Shown here piece by piece: positions 7,103 to 12,195 of a stretch of 12,195 nucleotides of DNA. Position numbers and translations under genes: made by a program. How positions within the stretch are numbered: the stretch's first letter is position 1; every line of letters starts with the position of its first letter. This DNA is from Methanotrichaceae archaeon (GTDB lineage: Archaea > Halobacteriota > Methanosarcinia > Methanotrichales > Methanotrichaceae), in assembly GCA_963754945.1 (NCBI GenBank), contig CAVWIG010000005.1, positions 1 to 12,195 of the forward strand. The letters run 5' to 3'. The notes beneath the pieces were generated by a model. The model worked only from the letters and a program-made list of their open reading frames with translations, was not told where the DNA came from and ran no database searches.

Positions 7103-9127
7103 CTAATCCGCCCTCCTGATCCTGGCTGCAGTCACTTTGAACTCAGGTATCTTGGACTGCGGGTCTAGAGCCTGGCCTGTCAGCACATTGGCGCAGGCCT
7201 CGCTGAAGTGGAAGGGCACGAACAGAACTCCCTTCGGAACGTCAAGGGTCAGCCTGGCATCCATGTAAAGCCGCCCTCTTCTTGACTCGACAACGACCTT
7301 CTGGCCGTTCCTCACCGCCAACTTTTGGGCATCTTCCGGGTTCATCTCCACATAAGGGCCAGGAACTTCTCTGTCCAGGAGAGATGTCCTCCGGGTCATG
7401 GTGCCTGTATGGAAATGATACTGACTTCTGCCTGTGGTCAGAAGCATGGGAAACTCAACATCAGGAGCCTCGAACGGCTCTTTGTGTTTCACTGGACGGA
7501 ACCTGGCCAAGCCTATTGAGAACTTCTCAGCATGAAGGATTCCAGTGCCGGGGTGGTCCCTGGAAGGGCATGGCCACTGCAGGCCAACAGCTTCCAAACG
7601 GCCATAACTGACTCCTCCGTAGATTGGTGTGACCCTCGCAATCTCCTCCATCACATCGGCCGGCGACCCGTAGTCAGCCGGCACGCCAAACCTGGTCAGG
7701 AGGTCTGAGACCACCTCCCACTCCGACCTGCTCTCGCCACACGGCGGCAGTGCCTTACGGACCAGTTGTATCCGTCGTTCCGTGCTGGTGAAGGTGCCGT
7801 CCTTCTCCGCAAAGGATGCAGCAGGAAGGACTACGTCCGCCAGCTCGGTCGTCTCTGTGGGGAAGATGTCACAGGCCACCAGGAACTCCAGGGATTCAAG
7901 AGCCTGCCTGACCCTATTTTGGTCAGGGTAGCTCATCATTGGATTTTCGCCCACTACGAGGAGGCCTCTAACCCTGCCATCTTTCGCAGCGTCCATCATC
8001 TCCAGAGCAGTCAGCCCCGGATTCTCCGGAAGAGGCCTTGACCAGGCCTGTTCGAACTTCTCACGAGCCTGGGCAACGCGCTGGTATCCTGAGTAGAGGT
8101 CGGGCAAGGCACCCATATCGCACGCCCCCTGGACGTTCTGGTGGCCTCTTAGAGGGTACAAGCCTGTGCCTTCCCTTCCTATGTTACCCGTCGCCAGGAC
8201 CAGGTTTGCCAGGTCCTGGACATTGTCGGTGCCTGTTGTGTGCTGGGTTATGCCCATTGCATAGACAATTGCAGCTCTATCTGCAGAGCCGTAGGCTATG
8301 GCCGCCTCGCGCAATCTCTGGGCAGGGATGTCTGTGATCTTTTCCACGGTCTGGGGAGTGTACTTAGAGACAGCCTGGCGAACTTCATCAAAACCGGTTG
8401 TCCTCTTGGATATGAATTCTTCATCTGCCAGCCCCTCCTGGATTATGACGTTAAGGAAACAGTTGATCCAAGCGACGTCTGTTCCCAGGCGGGGCGAAAG
8501 GTGGAGTTCTGCCAGATCGGCCATCTGAGTTCTCCTGGGGTCGACGACTATGACCCTGGCACCTCTGGCCTTGCCTTTCAGGATATGAAATGCCACTAGA
8601 GGATGCTGCTCTGTAGTGTTCGAACCGACGATCAGGATGGCATCGGCTTGGGCTAGGCTGTTGATGGGGTTGGTCATAGCACCGCTTCCAAAGGCGTAGC
8701 TTAAGCCCGCCACCGTTGGGGCATGGCAGAGCCTGGCCACATGATCAACGTTGTTAGTCCCAAAACCCGCCCGGGCCAGCTTCATCAGCAAGTAGTTTTC
8801 TTCGTTTGTCCCCTTTGCTGAGGTCAGGATTGCCAGTGCGTCGGGGCCACAGCGCTCTCTGATCTCCTTGAACCTCGTGGTTATGGTGGATAACGCATCA
8901 TCCCATCCAGATCTGAGCAGTCGCTCACCACAACGAATCAGAGGCGCCTTAAGGCGGTCAGGATGGTTTACGAACTCCGCACCGAGCCAGCCCTTAATGC
9001 ATAGCCTGCCCTGAGATAGAGGATGGGAGGACGTTGGCGAGGCCCCCACCACCCTACCGCCTTCAACGTGCAGAAACAGGCCGCAACCGCAGCCGCAGTA
9101 GATGCAGGTGGTGCGTATCTTTTCCAA
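7103..9127 (-). CDS. fdhF: Formate dehydrogenase alpha subunit (Mo/W-bisPGD, cysteine type)
   Basis: N-terminal CIYCGCGC...LCIKG 4Fe-4S motif, active-site ARLCHAPT (Cys, not Sec), LRGHQNVQG, EKDGTFTSTERR, C-terminal molybdopterin-binding domain (TTGR...HTGTMT...PEFK). TTG start, no Tat signal. Confidence 0.95.
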   Translation of the reverse strand: MEKIRTTCIYCGCGCGLFLHVEGGRVVGASPTSSHPLSQGRLCIKGWLGAEFVNHPDRLKAPLIRCGERLLRSGWDDALSTITTRFKEIRERCGPDALAILTSAKGTNEENYLLMKLARAGFGTNNVDHVARLCHAPTVAGLSYAFGSGAMTNPINSLAQADAILIVGSNTTEQHPLVAFHILKGKARGARVIVVDPRRTQMADLAELHLSPRLGTDVAWINCFLNVIIQEGLADEEFISKRTTGFDEVRQAVSKYTPQTVEKITDIPAQRLREAAIAYGSADRAAIVYAMGITQHTTGTDNVQDLANLVLATGNIGREGTGLYPLRGHQNVQGACDMGALPDLYSGYQRVAQAREKFEQAWSRPLPENPGLTALEMMDAAKDGRVRGLLVVGENPMMSYPDQNRVRQALESLEFLVACDIFPTETTELADVVLPAASFAEKDGTFTSTERRIQLVRKALPPCGESRSEWEVVSDLLTRFGVPADYGSPADVMEEIARVTPIYGGVSYGRLEAVGLQWPCPSRDHPGTGILHAEKFSIGLARFRPVKHKEPFEAPDVEFPMLLTTGRSQYHFHTGTMTRRTSLLDREVPGPYVEMNPEDAQKLAVRNGQKVVVESRRGRLYMDARLTLDVPKGVLFVPFHFSEACANVLTGQALDPQSKIPEFKVTAARIRRAD

Positions 9128-9147
9128 GGAGGATCTCTCCGGAAGGC

Positions 9148-9171
9148 CATTATTAGCTATGTAATATAACG
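9148..9171 (-). promoter_or_regulatory. TATA-like element overlapped by a ModE-like inverted repeat upstream of fdh
   Basis: Minus strand CGTTAT-N12-ATAATG resembles the ModE consensus CGNTAT-N12-ATANCG and contains TTATATTA. Confidence 0.4.
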
Positions 9172-9491
9172 TTTGGGTTGGGGGCCGGAAAGTATCTCAT
9201 CACATATTATGATTGTTATCAATACATGAATCACGCACGACTTATTGGAAAAATGCCGAGACATACGGGACATACAGCCATGGTATTAAAAAAATAATAT
9301 CAAAAAAATTCGAATTAGAATAGGCGTATATCGTTAGGTGAGACAACTCCAATCGGGTTTACATCCAAGTAATCAGAATTTGGTACAGGGCAATCTATAT
9401 TATAGAAAATTTCGGCACACTGCTGCATGTCCTGACAATCAACTGATCGGATCAAGGCGACTTGTTGGCAGGATTATGCTTTACGATGTCG

Positions 9492-9507
9492 ATCTAAAAT
9501 TTTAGAT
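9492..9507. promoter_or_regulatory. Perfect 16-bp palindrome, candidate operator
   Basis: ATCTAAAATTTTAGAT in the divergent intergenic region, about 150 nt upstream of ATG 9657. Confidence 0.3.
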
Positions 9508-9656
9508 TAATGCGTTTTCTTCCAAATCAATAACCGTGGCAAAAATCAGTAGGATGAAGTATATTCTTACCTGGAATACGTAAGCAACTATTCGATACGT
9601 TTAATAACCTTCAGTATTATTTCTTATAAGCGTTTCAAAATATAGGGGGATACAAA

Positions 9657-10487
9657 ATGAAGGGAGCAGTAGCAGCGCTAGTAGCTGCATCACTTCTAGC
9701 CTGTATTGGCTTTGTCATGGCCAATCCGCCGTTGCCAGAGCCTCTGCAGTATGAACAGTTCTGTGATAACCAAAAGGTATCGGGAACCGGTGCTATAGAT
9801 ATTAGCACTTCGGTGATCGACAAAAAGCTCGCTCTTGAGTACTACAACGTAATGGCAGGAGACGGCGACCTCGAGCTGGACCAGACCCATGCTTATTCGC
9901 AGAAGGGCATTAATGAGGGGCCTCTGTTCAATGATTCACACAACACCAGCCTGAACCTGCTCGAGAAAGAAAAGCTGACCTATAACGCCAAGAAGGCACC
10001 ACTCTCCGGTGAGAAGTACTTGAACTCCAAAGCCTTCTACGGTGGTATCGGAGCGGATGTCCGGGAGACATTCTCGGTGAACCAGATGGAGAAGGACCAG
10101 ACAAGTTTCTTCTCTTCGACCGCACCAAAAATGCCGCCAAAGCCACCCATCACGGTCTGCGTTCCTCTCGTCTGCAACTGTCATCCGGAGGATTCATTAT
10201 GTCCGTCTTCGCGAATCTATCCAGTAATGACCTACACCGAACCAAGCGTGACGAATCCAAATGAGGTTCCAGCCAATGATCCTGTGCATTTGATAGGCAT
10301 CGATACTAAAAACAGCTTCAACGGAACATGGGGCGTAGACGCCAAGTGGCACAAGATATTCTATAAGGATATCAAACTCCACGAGATGTTCACAGGAACC
10401 TTCGAAGCAGAGAAGCTGGTCAAGTTCCATGAGAACCCAGTTCCTGAAAAAGAAGAGAACAACCCTTGTGCTAATATAGATTGCTAG
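9657..10487 (+). CDS. Secreted beta-rich protein, candidate Methanothrix sheath/envelope (MspA-like) family
   Basis: Signal peptide MKGAVAALVAASLLACIGFVMA, AGGGGGA RBS, beta-strand-like segments, Pro/Cys-rich insert, C-terminal C-x4-C. The CDS is well supported, but the sheath-family assignment is from recall and unverified. Confidence 0.75.
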   Translation: MKGAVAALVAASLLACIGFVMANPPLPEPLQYEQFCDNQKVSGTGAIDISTSVIDKKLALEYYNVMAGDGDLELDQTHAYSQKGINEGPLFNDSHNTSLNLLEKEKLTYNAKKAPLSGEKYLNSKAFYGGIGADVRETFSVNQMEKDQTSFFSSTAPKMPPKPPITVCVPLVCNCHPEDSLCPSSRIYPVMTYTEPSVTNPNEVPANDPVHLIGIDTKNSFNGTWGVDAKWHKIFYKDIKLHEMFTGTFEAEKLVKFHENPVPEKEENNPCANIDC

Positions 10488-10508
10488 GCAAACCTGGCAA
10501 TCTATATT
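10473..10508 (+). terminator. Strong stem-loop spanning the stop codon of 9657..10487
   Basis: AATATAGATTGCTAGG-caaa-CCTGGCAATCTATATT, a 16-bp stem with one G-U pair, followed by a second small hairpin (TCTTCAA...TTGAAGA) with T-rich sequence. Confidence 0.65.
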
Positions 10509-11127
10509 CTTCAACCTTTATTTGAAGATAATAATGAGAAGCGATTCCAGAAAAAGGTAAGCTCAATGATTCTCTGGTTATGACTGATTTTGGGATACTT
10601 TAGGTGCAAAAAAGGATTAATAGTTGCTGACTAGATTGTAATTCGTTGCAGATAAGCAGCAATTGCTGTTGTTTCTGTGACTTTGTAATTTAAGATGACA
10701 GGCAAATAGCCACTCTGAAAACGTAAACTGCCATGTCCCAGGTCGTCCGCTGATTACGGTCGATCCGCATGAGTTTGTTAGCTGACTAAAGTTATTACCT
10801 GAATTCACCACGGAAGTAAAGCTCATTAATGACGTATCCTTTCTGTAGAACACGTTAATTCTTGTTATAACATTATACTATTATTAAAATATTAATCTAG
10901 GCAAACAATATACTTCCATATCAATTTCCTCCTTCTACGCTTTCTATATTTGGTGTCAATGTCATGTGATCATTGCATAAAAACTATGCATTTATTTTAA
11001 GACGCGGCATATCAGAATATATTCCTAACGCTAAATTTTATTACTTTACTGATAAAAATCAGTTACAAAAAAGATAGGCCCAGAAAAAAGTGTATCCTGA
11101 GCACTTTGTAGTTGTTTTTGCTGAGAA

Positions 11128-12093
11128 CTAACCTGATGTATTCTCCGTTGTGGCCTTTTGGCTGTCGTTCCAGGTATTCTGTTGGTCGTATTGTCCCTGA
11201 TCTCCCATCATGGACTTTTGGTCGTCATAGGGCATCTGATGACAATCCTTTCCTAGAACTTTGCACTCGCATACGATCTTTTTGCCGTCGCCCATCATCG
11301 ACTTCGGTTCAATCTGTTTGCCGTCTTCTCCATATTGAGACTTCTGGCAATCACACGGTTTCTGGCAATCGCATGACTTCTGTTGGTCGTATTGTCCCTG
11401 ATCTCCCATCATGGACTTTTGGTCGTCATAGGGCATCTGATTGCAATCCTTTCCTAGAACTTTGCACTCGCATACGATCTTTTTGCCGTCGCCCATCATC
11501 GACTTCGGTTCAATCTGTTTGCCGTCTTCTCCATATTGAGACTTCTGGCAATCACACGGTTTCTGGCAATCGCATGACTTCTGTTGGTCGTATTGTCCCT
11601 GATCTCCCATCATGGACTTTTGGTCGTCACAGGGCATCTGATTGCAATCCTTTCCCAGAACTTTGCACTCGCATACGATCTTTTTGCCGTCGCCCATCAT
11701 CGACTTCGGTTCAATCTGTTTGCCGTCTTCTCCATATTGAGACTTCTGGCAATCACACGGCTTCTGGCAGTCGCATGACTTCTGTTGGTCGTATTGTCCC
11801 TGATCTCCCATCATGGACTTTTGGTCGTCATAGGGCATCTGATTGCAATCCTTTCCTAGAACTTTGCACTCACATACGATCTTTTTGCCGTCTCCCATCA
11901 TCGACTTTGGACCAATCTGCTTGCCGTCTTCTCCACACTGGGACTTCTGGCAATCACACGGCTTCTGGCAGTCGCATGACTTCTGTTGGTCGTACTGTCC
12001 CGACATTGGGTACCCATTATCTTGCACTGAAAAAGCCGGCATCATAAGAATGCATACGGCCAAGAATGCTACTAGAAATCCAGCATATTTCAT
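11128..12093 (-). CDS. Secreted Cys/Met/Gln/Lys-rich tandem-repeat protein (4 x 67 aa)
   Basis: GGAGGT RBS before ATG 12093, signal peptide MKYAGFLVAFLAVCILMMPAFS, upstream BRE-TATA. Differences between repeat units are mostly synonymous in this frame. Confidence 0.88.
   Translation of the reverse strand: MKYAGFLVAFLAVCILMMPAFSVQDNGYPMSGQYDQQKSCDCQKPCDCQKSQCGEDGKQIGPKSMMGDGKKIVCECKVLGKDCNQMPYDDQKSMMGDQGQYDQQKSCDCQKPCDCQKSQYGEDGKQIEPKSMMGDGKKIVCECKVLGKDCNQMPCDDQKSMMGDQGQYDQQKSCDCQKPCDCQKSQYGEDGKQIEPKSMMGDGKKIVCECKVLGKDCNQMPYDDQKSMMGDQGQYDQQKSCDCQKPCDCQKSQYGEDGKQIEPKSMMGDGKKIVCECKVLGKDCHQMPYDDQKSMMGDQGQYDQQNTWNDSQKATTENTSG
11177..12001. repeat. 201-bp tandem repeat, about 4.1 copies (coding)
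   Basis: TTCTGTTGGTCGTA recurs at 11177, 11378, 11579, 11780 and 11981. Full units differ from the 11378 unit by 2, 4 and 11 nt (manual comparison). Confidence 0.97.
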
Positions 12094-12165
12094 TTTCTTA
12101 CCTCCACTGTTCAAAGATCAACTCTAATGTCGACAAGAGTTGTTCCACAAACTTTGCTCTTTAAA

Positions 12166-12181
12166 TGATATATACCTTTCG
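12166..12181 (-). promoter_or_regulatory. Canonical archaeal BRE-TATA promoter for the Cys-rich repeat gene
   Basis: Minus strand CGAAAGG-TATATATCA about 73-88 nt upstream of ATG 12093. Confidence 0.7.
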
Positions 12182-12195
12182 AACATAAAAAAAAG

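Noticed and set aside
7103-9127. Selenocysteine-type Fdh
   Set aside because: The active site is ARLCH with a Cys codon and there is no in-frame TGA.
2139-9150. Many 60-130 aa ORFs overlapping the helicase and fdh operon
   Set aside because: Antisense or alternate-frame shadows of GC-rich genes, with no recognisable motifs.
10122-10200. CNCH as a heme c binding motif
   Set aside because: The spacing is CxCH, not CxxCH, and no canonical heme motif was seen in the secreted proteins.
11177-12001. Possible CRISPR-like array
   Set aside because: Whole 201-bp units repeat in frame with no unique spacers and no cas genes.
11112-12047. 311-aa plus-strand ORF across the repeat array
   Set aside because: Antisense shadow of a stop-free repeat unit. 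The minus frame has the promoter, RBS, signal peptide and synonymous bias.

Overview
Archaeal chromosomal window, most likely a Methanothrix/Methanotrichaceae-type methanogen (inferred from BRE-TATA promoters, a DUF555 gene, an XPD-like helicase and the style of the secreted proteins). Left to right: a two-gene minus-strand operon of secreted proteins (7-repeat beta-propeller and a Ser/Asn-rich protein); a divergent XPD/Rad3-family Fe-S helicase fused to C-terminal HEAT repeats; a DUF555/UPF0212 gene; a translationally coupled operon of a Cys-type formate dehydrogenase alpha subunit, an AsrA/HydB-like Fe-S subunit and an AsrB/HydG-like FAD/NAD(P) subunit, with a ModE-like box upstream; a secreted beta-rich 276-aa protein (candidate sheath/envelope family); and a secreted protein built from four near-identical 67-aa Cys/Met/Gln/Lys-rich repeats (201-bp tandem array). 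Most notable: the Cys-rich repeat protein, a 45-aa C-terminal module shared ungapped by two otherwise unrelated secreted proteins, the FdhB-less formate dehydrogenase module and the helicase-HEAT fusion. No RNA genes, CRISPR arrays or transposases were recognised.
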